Shown: positions 26,316 to 39,729, counted from the first letter of the whole stretch. The stretch: 63,459 bases of DNA, filler included, from Octopus bimaculoides (GCF_001194135.2; 3 parts of 3 records of this genome joined end to end with filler, not necessarily neighbours in it), one strand, 5' to 3'. The notes: generated from the letters alone by a model not told the origin. Numbers and translations: made by a program.

Positions 26316-28145
26316 TCGAGGTTATAATATTATTATTTCTAGAGTTGTAGGGGGGCGCGTGCGCGTTTTGTGTGTGTTTTTCAGGCAATATTGCATCTCG
26401 CGATGCAAAGTAATAGGTTTGTGCAATTAGTGCTTAGGTTGACTTGCTGCCTAAACTTGAACTGCAGCTAAAAAAGTAGGGGAATTAAAGTTGCCTAATG
26501 AAAATTGGCTACAGGCAGTGTTTCAATTGAGCATGTGATGTGTATAATAGAATAAAAGGATAAACAGACACACAAGTGATGAGGTGAGATTATGGCATAT
26601 TTAAACTTGAGCGTTGATTTGTTACAAGAGTATAGATCACAAGAAGTTCATAAAAGATAAGTTAAAGGATGTTCTTAATGTTTACGGTATATGATAGTAT
26701 TTTCCCGAAACAGTGATACAGTAAGTCCGTATTATTGGTATTAAGTAAAACTAGTCACCGTAAATAGATCCAAAGCTGGATCAGAAGTAAGGAAGAAAGT
26801 ATGTAGGGGGTCTCAGTAAAGAGTAAAGAGTTAAATCATTGTATTGGAATTACGAGCAGAATGTAGAATTGAAATGAAAAGTTATGAAATCATACAGAGT
26901 TAGAGTAAGTGGTAAATTTAGAATAGGAGAGACAAATAAGAACTTAAGAGAAGTATATAGAATTATAACCATAGTAAAAGATATGGAATAAAGTGGTACA
27001 CTACGGATTAGGTTGACTTAAATAGTGATGTATTTCTAATTTATGTGATGTGTTTCTAATTTATGAAAGTGTGAATTGTGTGGAGAGACTCAGAGTGTTA
27101 CGTTTAGATTTTGTGACAAAATCGGAGTACTTTGAAGAATATGTGGACACAAGTGGCTAATCTAGCGGTTCTGTAAAAAGAGACCGATAGAATAAGTACC
27201 AGGTTCAGAAATAAGTTTTGGGAGTTGATTTGTTCGATTAAACCCTTTAAGGTGGTGCTCCAGCATGGTCGCAGTACAAATACTGAAACAAGTAAAAGTG
27301 GAAAAAAATATATATGTATGTAAGTGTGTAGACAGTTTCCGTCTAGTATATTCACTCCCAAGCCATTGGTCGGCCCGGAGCAGTAGTAAAAGATAATTGC
27401 CCGAGGTGCCGTGCAGTGAAACTGAACCAGAAACCACCTGTCTGCAAAACGTGTTTCTTTAACCAAACAGTCATGCCTGCTAATCGACACTACTCCCTTT
27501 TGTATCCCCTACTATTTTTAAACTTACAAGGTTTTCTGTTAGTCTACTCACCACCACCTTCTTAACGCTCTAAACTACCTTCCCCATTGTATCCAAAACA
27601 AATTTATTCACCCTAAGATACTCCACTCACAAGCACACACACCACACAATATCCCACACATCATACACCGTTTTATCTTTGGCCCGATATCTCACCATGA
27701 CTGTTTCTAAAATAAAACAATTTTATACATCCAAAAAATTTTCTTTTCTCAAATTTACAAATCTCCTGCCTCTCACTTTCTAATTGCCAAACCACCACCC
27801 ACAATTAAGCTTATCCAGTTTTATTTTCTAATACACAAAACAAACCGATTATTATAGACACCATGTCCCTACCAAAATTCACTCCACACAAATGCATGCG
27901 CCCCCTCCCTCCCGCCTCAAATAAACAATCGGCAGCACGCATACTTTACATTCCTCTGAGTTAAACTCATTTCCGATAAAAACGACCGCATTTTGGTAAA
28001 CGCAGGTCATATTCAAAGATATCGTAGTTCAAAGATGCCCGCCTGAGATTCTGAAATCACTACTCTCCGCAGGTCATTGGATTTTTCAAACCCAAAATTA
28101 AATCGTTACTCTCCAAAGATACTGATGTTTGAAACTGAATACTAA

Positions 28146-28198
<53 letters not shown>

Positions 28199-28349
28199 GA
28201 TTAAATCCGAACATGGTCATATTGCCATCTTTCTAGTCTGCTCAAAAATGCTCGCACAAGTGAATATGTGTATGTGTAAAGAGAGAGATAGGAAGTTACC
28301 TAGCGATTTAACTAAAATGGCAGACAGAAGGACAGACAGACAGACAGAC

Positions 28350-28435
<86 letters not shown>

Positions 28436-29276
28436 TTGCTGGAATTATCTGTTCAGTGAGTGTGAATGACCCATGATATTTAACAGACAATTTCTAAAGA
28501 TAATACAGAATACTTGCTTAACGTATGTTGCCACATCTCAAACAAGAGAAACAGAAGCAGGAGGAGGGGAGATAACGACCGAAAAGAACGTCATAATCTC
28601 GATTATGACTAAGAAATCAAGAAGCACCAAGTTAGCTGATAATGTCTGCCACTTCTTGAAGTTTAAGTATTTATACTCACTGCTCCCTATCCAAAAAGAA
28701 AACTTCTCAGATAACAATGATAACTAGAGGCTGGAGTAAACGTAGTTCATCGACCAGCTAGATTTAACAGATAAATTGCTTTTTTCTGTCTTGAAAAGGA
28801 GACAACGAAAATGGATAAGACAGTCCTAGATACGTCGAAAACAAGATGAGTTAGCCGTAGATTATTTTGTCGGTAGAAGAGAATTGTCTTCGTTTTTCTT
28901 TTTAAATCTACTTTGTTCGCTATTTTGAATGGTGAGTAATGGGTAATTGTCCATCTCACTTCTGTCTCCACTAGTTACAAGCACTTCATTGTTCTTCTGG
29001 GAATTTGTGCATGTGTAGTTTTGTACACACGGGCACAGGTACAAACCTACATACATACATCTTTTTATCTTTTCCTTTTTTTTACCTGTTTCAGTCATTT
29101 GACTGCAACCATTCTGGGGCACCTCTTTGAAGGGTTTTTAGTCGAATAAATCAATCCCGAGACTTCTTTTTTAAGCCTAGTACTTATTCTACCGGTATCT
29201 TTTGCCGAACCGCTGTTACGGAGACATAAACACGCTAACACCGATTGTCAAGCGGTGGTGGGGGACAGACACAAAG

Positions 29277-29316
<40 letters not shown>

Positions 29317-31801
29317 GACGAGCTTCTTTTGGTTTCCATCTACCAAATCCACTCACAAGGCTTTAGTCGGCCCGAGGGTATAGTAAAAGATATTAGTCCA
29401 AAGTACCCCTCAGTGGGACTGAACCCAGAATCATGTGGTTGAGAAGTAAGCTTCTTACCATAGAGAGAGAGAGAGAGAGAGAGAACTGTACTCTATACAG
29501 TTCTCTCTCTCCCCCTTTCGTCTTCTCTCTCTCTTCCTTTCTTTTTTCTCCCCTTCGCCGTTTTCTATCTATCTCTCCCTCTTTCTCCTTTACTCTCTCT
29601 CTCGTTGCTCACACGTGACCATCGTCCATCCTTCTTTTCTTCATGTGATCATCTTTCTTTTCCTTCAGTCTGTCACACAGACCAGACGCATTCTTATCTG
29701 TCTCCTATCTTTTCTCTTGTCAAAGATAATATTCTTCCAGCGCTCGCTACCTTACCTCGTCTGACCTAACGGCCCTCCATGTTTGTTTTCGTTTGGTTTG
29801 TTGTATGTCTCCATTGTCCTGCTTTTGTTACCAGCTTTGACCCTCCGCAAATCCCAAATTTTATTTTGTTTCGCGGGAGCAACTGCCTTTTGAAGCTTCA
29901 TATTGTTAAATGCTCGAAATGAGAAGTAGATGGACAGCTGACAACTGATGAAGGNNNNNNNNNNNNNNNNNNNNNNNNNNNNNNNNNNNNNNNNNNNNNN
30001 NNNNNNNNNNNNNNNNNNNNNNNNNNNNNNNNNNNNNNNNNNNNNNNNNNNNNNNNNNNNNNNNNNNNNNNNNNNNNNNNNNNNNNNNNNNNNNNNNNNN
30101 NNNNNNNNNNNNNNNNNNNNNNNNNNNNNNNNNNNNNNNNNNNNNNNNNNNNNNNNNNNNNNNNNNNNNNNNNNNNNNNNNNNNNNNNNNNNNNNNNNNN
30201 NNNNNNNNNNNNNNNNNNNNNNNNNNNNNNNNNNNNNNNNNNNNNNNNNNNNNNNNNNNNNNNNNNNNNNNNNNNNNNNNNNNNNNNNNNNNNNNNNNNN
30301 NNNNNNNNNNNNNNNNNNNNNNNNNNNNNNNNNNNNNNNNNNNNNNNNNNNNNNNNNNNNNNNNNNNNNNNNNNNNNNNNNNNNNNNNNNNNNNNNNNNN
30401 NNNNNNNNNNNNNNNNNNNNNNNNNNNNNNNNNNNNTATATATATATATATGAAATGTCGTAAATATTATGAAAATACTTTTTCCCCTATAAAGCATGTG
30501 TTTGTGTCTGAATATGAATTTATTTTGCTTAGTGTCTCTACTCCTCCACATCAAAACAACGGAAAAGTCGTTGACAACAAATAGCAGCACCGCCATCTCT
30601 TGCACTCACACACACACACGCGGGCACGTACGCTGGCGCGCACACGTACTCTCAATCTCATAACTATTTCAATGCTACTTAACTTATTGGATGTCGCAAA
30701 AGCGACTGGATATAAACTACAACAACGCATTGGTTAATAGATTTCTTTTAACTACATACAACATTGGATGGAGGAGTATAAATTCTATTGCAGTTGATGA
30801 GAGAAGGAATGTCACATATATATTTCAACAACAATAACAACAACAACAACAGAAATTTTAGATCTTAGATTCCATTACATATTTGAGTTCTGTCATTATC
30901 TCTCTTCCTTCCCTCCTCTCACTCTCTCTTCTCAATCTCTTTCTTTCTTGATATCTTTCGCGTGACATTCTATATTTGATGAAAACGCGATCTAGTGGTC
31001 ATAAGAAATCCTTTTATGCTATGCCTGTAAATATAGTCTTTAAATCTATATTTGCCATGTATGGTTTCCTTCCACAAGACAATCTAATATTGATAATGTT
31101 CATTCAAGCTGGAAACAGCTCTCGGTTTTGAAACACTAGAATACAATTGTCTGTAATCAAATAATCTCTCAGACTAAACTGTCACACTTCTTGGAAAAAT
31201 TCAACAATATCTGTGCTGTTAGTATCGCTTCTTGTCTTTCCTTTCTAGTCTTTTCTTCCTCTCTCTGTCTGCCTCTCTCTCTATCTCTCTCCCTCTCCCG
31301 CCATCTCTCTCTCTTGTTCTTTCTCTTTCTTTATCGATTTCTTTATTGCGATGTTAAGTTATGGAAGTGAAACCATATTAATGAAACTATATTTCGAGTA
31401 ATGATTCTTGCAATGTAATGTCTTTCTTAACAGCTTTAAATTCTTTATTGTGATAATTCATTTGGAATTCACTTTCAATCCAATTTAATCAAATCAAATG
31501 GAGGCCGACACGAGCTACGATCGAAAATGAAAGAAAAGGAAAGAAAGAAAGATTGAAGGAAGGAAGGAAGGAAGGAAATAAAGCAAGGGGGAGAGGGGAG
31601 ACGTGTAACGAAGAATTTATGCATTGACAAAGGAAAGGTGATGGAATGAGAAGTCTTAAAATTAGTGGTGGGTTGAGAGGAAAGGATTTAAACATAATCT
31701 AAAACTATGAAAGAAATAGAAATGGACGTGAAAATATTTTTTTCATATTTTTAAATTTGTCTTAACTACTTAAAAATAATGGTGTTATGATTGAGAGTGT
31801 G

Positions 31802-31875
<74 letters not shown>

Positions 31876-32565
31876 NNNNNNNNNNNNNNNNNNNNNNNNN
31901 NNNNNNNNNNNNNNNNNNNNNNNNNNNNNNNNNNNNNNNNNNNNNNNNNNNNNNNNNNNNNNNNNNNNNNNNNNNNNNNNNNNNNNNNNNNNNNNNNNNN
32001 NNNNNNNNNNNNNNNNNNNNNNNNNNNNNNNNNNNNNNNNNNNNNNNNNNNNNNNNNNNNNNNNNNNNNNNNNNNNNNNNNNNNNNNNNNNNNNNNNNNN
32101 NNNNNNNNNNNNNNNNNNNNNNNNNNNNNNNNNNNNNNNNNNNNNNNNNNNNNNNNNNNNNNNNNNNNNNNNNNNNNNNNNNNNNNNNNNNNNNNNNNNN
32201 NNNNNNNNNNNNNNNNNNNNNNNNNNNNNNNNNTATATATATACACACATATATATGCATATAGCTCCATATATACATGAGTATATGTATGCATGGATGA
32301 ACGTATGTATGTATATAAACCGCATATAGTAGTGTTAGTAGTGTGCAACAAAATATAATAGCTTATTTTCTTCTGCTTCTAGTACGTGCGACAAACAGCA
32401 AGTAAAGGTAATCCATTAAAAAAAATCCATGCCCTCCATAAATTGTGAAGGATACAAACCGTCAACTATTGGGCGATAATGGACATTGTGACGTTATCTT
32501 CTAACAGTACAAGCGGATATCAGCAAATCACATCTGTGCAGCCACTACTCATATCCTAAAGGTAC

Positions 32566-32600
<35 letters not shown>

Positions 32601-33037
32601 CTTCAAAACCAAAACGTCCGTCTTCAAAAAAAAGAAAAGCTACATCCAAATCAGGTTTAGCGTTCAAACAGCTATGCCAAAACGGCTGGCGCTCCTACAC
32701 CCAATGCAACCAACAATATTCGCTACTATATTTTCTATCTTTCTCTCTCGTCTTTCTGCCGCTTTCTAATAGAAACACTGCATCTCTTCGAACACACATT
32801 CGGCCTCCCTTCGAACACACCGTCTTTACACTTCTCCTTTGCTCTCTTTTTTTTCTAACTTTGTGTGCATATGTGTATGTGTGTGTGTATATGTGTGTGT
32901 ATGTGCGTGTGTGTGTGTGTTTGTGTGTGCGTGTGTATGTGTCTCTTCCTCTCGCAAGCGGGATATTCCTCCAGCATGACAATTTCAACAGACAAGTAAA
33001 AATAGCATGGGAATGGAGTTGTGTGTGTGCGTGCGTG

Positions 33038-33094
<57 letters not shown>

Positions 33095-33882
33095 GCGTGC
33101 GCGCGTGTGTGTTTGATGTATATTGTATTCAAACAGTTTGTTTTCTGTAAAACAAGGATGGCAGTTAAATTTATTTTTGTTGTTCTCTTACTTGTAAGCT
33201 GGCGTAGAAGCAAGACTGGGCTAAGCTATTTTAGAAATACTGTCATTTGTTTCTCTTAGTCTCCAAGTATATCTGGAAAGTCCAGCAGAAAATTTTCCTG
33301 ATTCTCAAATGTGTGTTTGTGCGTGTATTATATTATCTTGAATTTACTCACAGAATCATCATCCAGTTTTACTTTGGCTCAGCATACTAAAAAAGCTGGC
33401 AAAACAGTTTTCACTGAGCATGCAGTAATTAGATTTCATGCAGTTATCCGTATATAAGTAGAATTACTATTATTGGACAAACAATTAGAAGTATTTTTTT
33501 TTTCAAGTGGGACACTTTAATAGAATTTCTATTGAAGCTTTTGATATATCTATATGTCCCAATATGAAGTTACTCCTTGGCCATATTCAAGCGAACAAAC
33601 TCCAGATTGAATTATATCACAGGATATTTCCAGTTCTATTTTTATTTTTGGAATCTTATGGTTTGTGTATGTATAATATTCTGTCTGAATACCCACTGCA
33701 ATTAAATGTTTCATTGTAGAAATGTGAGGCTTTTGAAAAAGCGGCTTCATCCAAGGATAAGAATGAAATATTGAGAATTAAATTTCATAGAATATAAGTT
33801 GGATGATTATATTTCTCATTAATATTGGCTTTTGGTAAGAGAAAATATATTAATATCCAAATTAAAGGTAATATTTAAGCAA

Positions 33883-34629
33883 CTAAACGGAAACGGAGGC
33901 TCTAATCTGTGCTGTCCAAGAGCAAGCACTAAAAACAAGCTACATAAAATACAGAATAGACAACACAGCAGAAAGTGATAAGTGCAGAATCTGTGGACAA
34001 AACTGTGAAACCGTATGGCATATTATCAGCCAATGTACACCACTAGCCCAGAAGGAATATAAGAGACGCCACGACAATATAGCCAGACTTGTCTATTGGA
34101 CACTTTGCAACAAGAATAGACTTAACAGAACAAAAAATTGGTACAACCACAAACCTAAAGGCATCGTCGAATATAGAAATGCAAAGATCCTATGGGATTT
34201 TATGATTCAGTGCGACTATGAGATAGAGAATAGGAAGCCGGACATAGTCTTAATTGAGAAAGAAAACAAACTATGCTGGATCATAGATATAGCATGCCCA
34301 GCTGACAACAAGGTATGAGATAAGGAAGAAAGAAAAGTCGAGAGTTATGACAGGTTAGCTTGGGAAGTTAAGCAGTTATGGTTGATGAAAAAGGTAGCAG
34401 TAGCACCAATAATTGTCGGAACCCTGAGAACAGTGAGCAAAAATCTCGAGAAGTACGTGGAACAAACAGGGGCTGCAATAAGGGTGGAGCACTTGCAGAA
34501 AACAGTACTGCTTGGAACTGCTCGAATACTCCGGAAGGTGCTCGAAAAATAAGAAGTGTTACTTTAGTTCACTAGTAGTGAACAGCTGACACTGTAGTAC
34601 ATCTCCAGCGTTAGAAGCTGTGCAAAGGC

Positions 34630-34667
<38 letters not shown>
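33883..34667 (+). mobile_element. R4/Dong-clade LINE 3' part (CCHC finger plus RLE endonuclease) with (AAT)n tail
   Basis: KCRICGQNCETVWHIISQCTPLAQKEYKRRHD..ILWDFMIQCDYEIENRKPDIVLIEKENKLCWIIDIACPADNKV..LLGTARILRKVLEK*, then a short 3' UTR and (AAT)n running into a gap. Confidence 0.9.
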
Positions 34668-34767
34668 NNNNNNNNNNNNNNNNNNNNNNNNNNNNNNNNN
34701 NNNNNNNNNNNTTAATTAATTAANNNNNNNNNNNNNNNNNNNNNNNNNNNNNNNNNNNNNNNNNNNN
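34668..34767. other. Second artificial 100-bp scaffold join with TTAATTAATTAA linker
   Basis: 44 N + TTAATTAATTAA (34712-34723) + 44 N = 100 bp. Confidence 0.9.
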
Positions 34768-34806
<39 letters not shown>

Positions 34807-35509
34807 GTTTATATGAATGTATGTATGTATGTATGTATGTATGTATGTATGCTTGTATGCATGTGTGTATGTATATGTATGTATGCATGCATGCATGTAT
34901 ATGTGTATGTATGCATGTGTATGTATGGATGTATGTGTGTGTATGTATGGATGTATGTGTGTGTATGTATATGTATGTGTATATGTGTGTATGTGTGGTG
35001 TGTGTGTACTGATGTCAGTACAATAATGGTGACAGCGTTGATGGAGTGGCTATGATCAAAGACATTCTAGCCGTGACCAACCCGCCTCTTTTTTTCTTTT
35101 ACTAATGTCCAGCAAACCTACGACCACATCGTCCATTGTGGCCTTTTCTAAAACCAACACAGCATTATTAAAGATATTTGGCTGCATTTTCTAGCAGGAC
35201 CAGTGGTCATGCAGAGGCGTCGTCGTGGTCTCGTGCTTCCATTTTCAAAATTGTCTGTAGTGATTTGAGGGATACTTAGCTACTGTTTCTTGTGGTAATA
35301 ATGATGAAGACGATGGTGATGATGGTAGTGGTTGTGGTTACCATGGTCAAACTCCCTCGTGAGGCGCGTACGTCCGTTTTATTTTCAAATATTGAAGTAT
35401 GGTCTGAGACAAATTTCGCCGCTATTTCTAGCAAGTGGAGCGACCACCTACGAGTTCCCATGTTAGTGCGAGTCGTGTCAACCGAGGGCGATGAATATGA
35501 TGGTGATGA

Positions 35510-35730
35510 AGGCGGTGAGCTGGCCGAGTGGTTAGCACGCCGGGCGAAATGGTTACCGGCATTTCGTCTGCCGCTACGTTCTGAGTTCAAATTCCGCCGA
35601 GGTCGACTTTGCCTTTCATCCTTTCGGGGGTCGATTAAATAAGTACCAGTTACGCACTGGGGTCGATGTAATCGACTTAACCCCCCTCCTCCCCTCGCCC
35701 CGCGAATTTCAGGCTTTGTGCTTATGATAG
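35510..35730 (+). mobile_element. Full-length family C SINE
   Basis: tRNA-like head, body ..cctttcatcctttcggggtcgattaaataagtaccagt.., tail ..ctttgtgcttatgatagaaaggattat. Embedded in (GAT)n-rich DNA. Confidence 0.85.
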
Positions 35731-36111
35731 AAAGGATTATGATGACGATGGTAGTGACAATGATGGTGATGCTTATGATGCTGGTGATGACAGTGGTGGC
35801 GGTGGTGGCAGAGGATGTGGTGGGCCTGATGTTAGTGATGATGATGCTGACAAAGACGATGATGGTGGTGGTGATGGTGATGGAAATGATGATGAATACG
35901 ATGATGATGATGATGATGATGATGATGTTTGCAATGGTTAATAATGATGATGATGATGACGATGATGATGATGATGGGAATTATGGAAGCGATGGCTGTG
36001 ATAGGTAGGTAGGAAGGTAGGTAGGTAGGAGGTCGTGCTGATGGTTAACGGTGGTGCTGATGATAGTGACGATGGTGATGATGATGACTATGAAGGTGGT
36101 GGTGGGTGGTG

Positions 36112-36143
<32 letters not shown>

Positions 36144-36739
36144 TGATGGTGATTATTAAGTGATGCAGTAAAAGCAGGCTTGAATCGGCTGTTTGTTGAA
36201 GATTTGTGTAAAGAAATCTGGATACGAGATGAGTAGAGCGAGTGGAGGTGAGAGGAAAGAGAATGTGATGGAGTGGGAGGACGAAGAGGAGAGGCCGATC
36301 GTGGTGGTAGTAGTAGGAGGTGAGGTGAGGTGAAAAATCAATAGAAGCTGTGAGGAGAAAGACGGAGGTGTGCCCCGAGGGGGAGTTATCGGAAAGAAAA
36401 GAAGTGAAATAGTAAGAGAGGGTGAGGTAAGAGTAGGTCTTGTGGAAAAGATAGAGATATGGAATAAGGGAGTAAGAGGAAGGGGAGTGCGATAATGGCG
36501 GTGTTGGTGGTGGTGGTGGTGGTGGTGGTGGTGGTGGTGAGGGTTGTAGTGATGGTGGGAGGAGTGATGATAGTGGCGGTAAGAGTAAAAGAGCTCAAGG
36601 TAGTGGTAGGAGGTTGAGTATTATGGAGTAGGTGTAGTAGGAGTGTAATAGAGGGAGGTGGGAGGGTTTGTCCTGTCGAAAGAGAGATTGAGACAGAGAG
36701 AGAAAGAGAGAGGAGGAGGGTGGGATGGCGAGAAGTAGG

Positions 36740-36960
36740 AACAGGAGAACAAAATGAGCGGCAAGGGTGGAACGCTGGCCATTTCGTTGAGAAAATTGAC
36801 AGCTGTCAATCAAACAGCCATAATTACATTGCCTTGTTGTTGAGAGAGAGAGGAAGGGGAGGGGGGACCACCTCATTCTTTTACTCCTGTCGTCTGCTTA
36901 TGCAATTGGAACCGTCTTATTATCAACCCCTCCCACTACGACGACTACCACACATGATAT
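36740..36960. promoter_or_regulatory. Candidate enhancer island with overlapping TALE-homeodomain sites
   Basis: Perfect palindrome ATTGACAGCTGTCAAT (36795-36810) overlaps TGATTGACAG on the minus strand (36803-36812), with TAATTA 8 bp away. The island is non-repetitive and sits between low-complexity arms. Confidence 0.35.
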
Positions 36961-37234
36961 CCCACCTCCTCCGACTGCTACTCTTCTCTCTCCCTCTCTC
37001 TCTCTGTCGCCTCATCATTTCTCTTCCATTTTGCCCGCATCCTCTTCCTCCCTCCCACTTTCTCTTTCTCTGTCTTCCCTCTCCCTCTCTCACTCACTCG
37101 CTCTTTCCACACTTTCTCTCTCTCTCCATCTCCATGTCTCTGGCTCGCTCTCTCTTCATCTCTTTCTGTTTCTCTCTCTATCTCTCCTTCTCCTTCTCTC
37201 TCCACCTCACACTCGCTCTTTTCATACTCTCTCC

Positions 37235-37270
<36 letters not shown>

Positions 37271-37273
37271 CTA

Positions 37274-37306
<33 letters not shown>

Positions 37307-37806
37307 TGTCATCATCTAACACACTTAGCAGTCTCACTTCTAGGCTTATCTTTCCAATTACATCGTCTCGTTAGCCTCCTCCTCCTCCCCCTCCTCCTCC
37401 TCATATCACACACACACACACACGCACACTCGCACACACACACACACATACACACACACACACATGCATACACACACACACAAACACACAACCCTCCATC
37501 AACACACTCACCGTGTTACTCCATCACCTCTCTTTTCTCCCCCTCTCATGGTGTCCACTACTAGTTTCCCCTGCTCCTTCCTCTTGCTCCTCGTCCTTCA
37601 AACCCCCCTCCTGCAACCACAGCCTATTGGTACACGTCCTTCTTCACACCACTACTCCCCCCTCTCTATCTCTATATCTCTCCCCAATTTCACTGTCTGT
37701 GTGTGCGCGTGTCTGTGTGTGCGCGTGTCTGTGTGTGCGTGTATTGAAGAAAAGTGCTGAAGACAACTACACTTATTGAAAGTCATATATATTTGTTATA
37801 AATACA

Positions 37807-37841
<35 letters not shown>

Positions 37842-38628
37842 ATGACTTTATACACTCCTCATCGTTCGTTTTCTCTCGTATCACACAATATATTCTTTAA
37901 GTTTTGTAGAATGATACATTAAGGAGCCTTTTTTTATGAGTACGACCGGATTAGTTAAATCCATATTCTAAGACGTGAATTTATATAAGNNNNNNNNNNN
38001 NNNNNNNNNNNNNNNNNNNNNNNNNNNNNNNNNNNNNNNNNNNNNNNNNNNNNNNNNNNNNNNNNNNNNNNNNNNNNNNNNNNNNNNNNNNNNNNNNNNN
38101 NNNNNNNNNNNNNNNNNNNNNNNNNNNNNNNNNNNNNNNNNNNNNNNNNNNNNNNNNNNNNNNNNNNNNNNNNNNNNNNNNNNNNNNNNNNNNNNNNNNN
38201 NNNNNNNNNNNNNNNNNNNNNNNNNNNNNNNNNNNNNNNNNNNNNNNNNNNNNNNNNNNNNNNNNNNNNNNNNNNNNNNNNNNNNNNNNNNNNNNNNNNN
38301 NNNNNNNNNNNNNNNNNNNNNNNNNNNNNNNNNNNNNNNNNNNNNNNNNNNNNNNNNNNNNNNNNNNNNNNNNNNNNNNNNNNNNNNNNNNNNNNNNNNN
38401 NNNNNNNNNNNNNNNNNNNNNNNNNNNNNNNNNNNNNNNNNNNNNNNNNNNNNNNNNNNNNNNNNNNNNNNNNNNNNNNNNNNNNNNNNNNNNNNNNNNN
38501 NNNNNNNNNNNNNNNNNNNNNNNNNNNNNNNNNNNNNNNNNNNNNNNNNNNNNNNNNNNNNNNNNNNNNNNNNNNNNNNNNNNNNNNNNNNNNNNNNNNN
38601 NNNNNNNNNNNNNNNNNNNNNNNNNNNN

Positions 38629-38659
<31 letters not shown>

Positions 38660-39085
38660 CATACATATGTGTGTGTGTATGTGTATGTATGTATGTATGT
38701 ATATGTGTATATATATATAGTAAAAATATATGTTGAAAATGCACTGAGAATAGTTAAAATATTATTTTATCATATTTAATTATCTAACCGGTTTCATAGT
38801 TTACACTGATTTTCATAAAGCTGAAATAGAAAAACGTGGCTTATATCACAACTGTTTTGCTTCTGACTAGTGTTTGAAGCTTGTCCTATTTTTATAGGGA
38901 ATTCATGGCTCAAATTAGTCTATGTTTTGGATAGAACATGATTGGTAGAGGATAGTCACATGACTGGTCTTAGAAATTTTTGTAGAATTTTCCCGTTACG
39001 TCCGAGTACTAGTATCAAGTTTACAACGTTTGGCGTCGGTAAGGCTGACACGGTTGACTAATCATGTCTAGTGACAGTACTGTAC

Positions 39086-39125
<40 letters not shown>

Positions 39126-39244
39126 GGTGAGGAGAATTGATTCTTGTCAGATGATAGCCGTTGCACCTTCAGCTTGGTTCTCGTTTACTTTCATCCTTGC
39201 ATGTGTACGGATGTCTATCACCATGGGACTTTATACAATACAAA

Positions 39245-39311
39245 ATGGATCCAGAAATTAAACGAATATTGAGACATCTGTACCTCTGCGCAATAATGTT
39301 CTTGTTTCTGG
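39245..39311 (+). CDS. Probable first coding exon encoding a signal peptide (MDPEIKRILRHLYLCAIMFLFL-G), phase-1 donor
   Basis: AAAATG start context, basic n-region then hydrophobic h-region, perfect donor G|gtaagt at 39311/12. In-frame stops lie upstream, and there is a possible acceptor ttcttgtcag| at 39150, so 39151-39244 would be 5' UTR. Confidence 0.6.
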
Positions 39312-39729
39312 GTAAGTGTATAATTCACTAGCTCAATCTACCTTTTTGCCTTGTTCTTCACTTTCTTTTCTAACTAATCCAATACACAAACCGATTAGCA
39401 TTTTAGGGGTTTTAATAAAGCCCTTGGTCCTTTTGCGATGCAGATATATATTATTTTCTTTCTTTCTCTTAATGTTGCTTGATAAGGGATTCAAGTACCA
39501 ACGCACTTGCCTTTGTCACGAACCTCTGCCAAAGAGGCTTTTTTATTTTTGTTGTTTATTTCTTCGCCTGATGATTCATATCAATGATTTCTCTCTTTGA
39601 GATTGCTCCAACGAAAGACAGAGAAAAAACATAAATATCTTCTGGAACTGAATTCGAAATCTCCATACGTTATCATCACGAAATGCTTCCTTCGTCCACC
39701 AGATGAAGGAAGCGTTGGCGGATGTGCAT

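Noticed and set aside
33158-33193. MAVKFIFVVLLL|gtaagc signal-like exon
   Set aside because: Short, weak phase-0 donor incompatible with the Ly6 exon; plausible by chance in T-rich DNA.
39151-39271. Linear splice 17188 to 39151 as the missing second half of the domain (DDSRCTFSLVLVYFHPCMC..)
   Set aside because: Lacks the Ly6 C-terminal cysteine pattern, the CN motif and a GPI signal.
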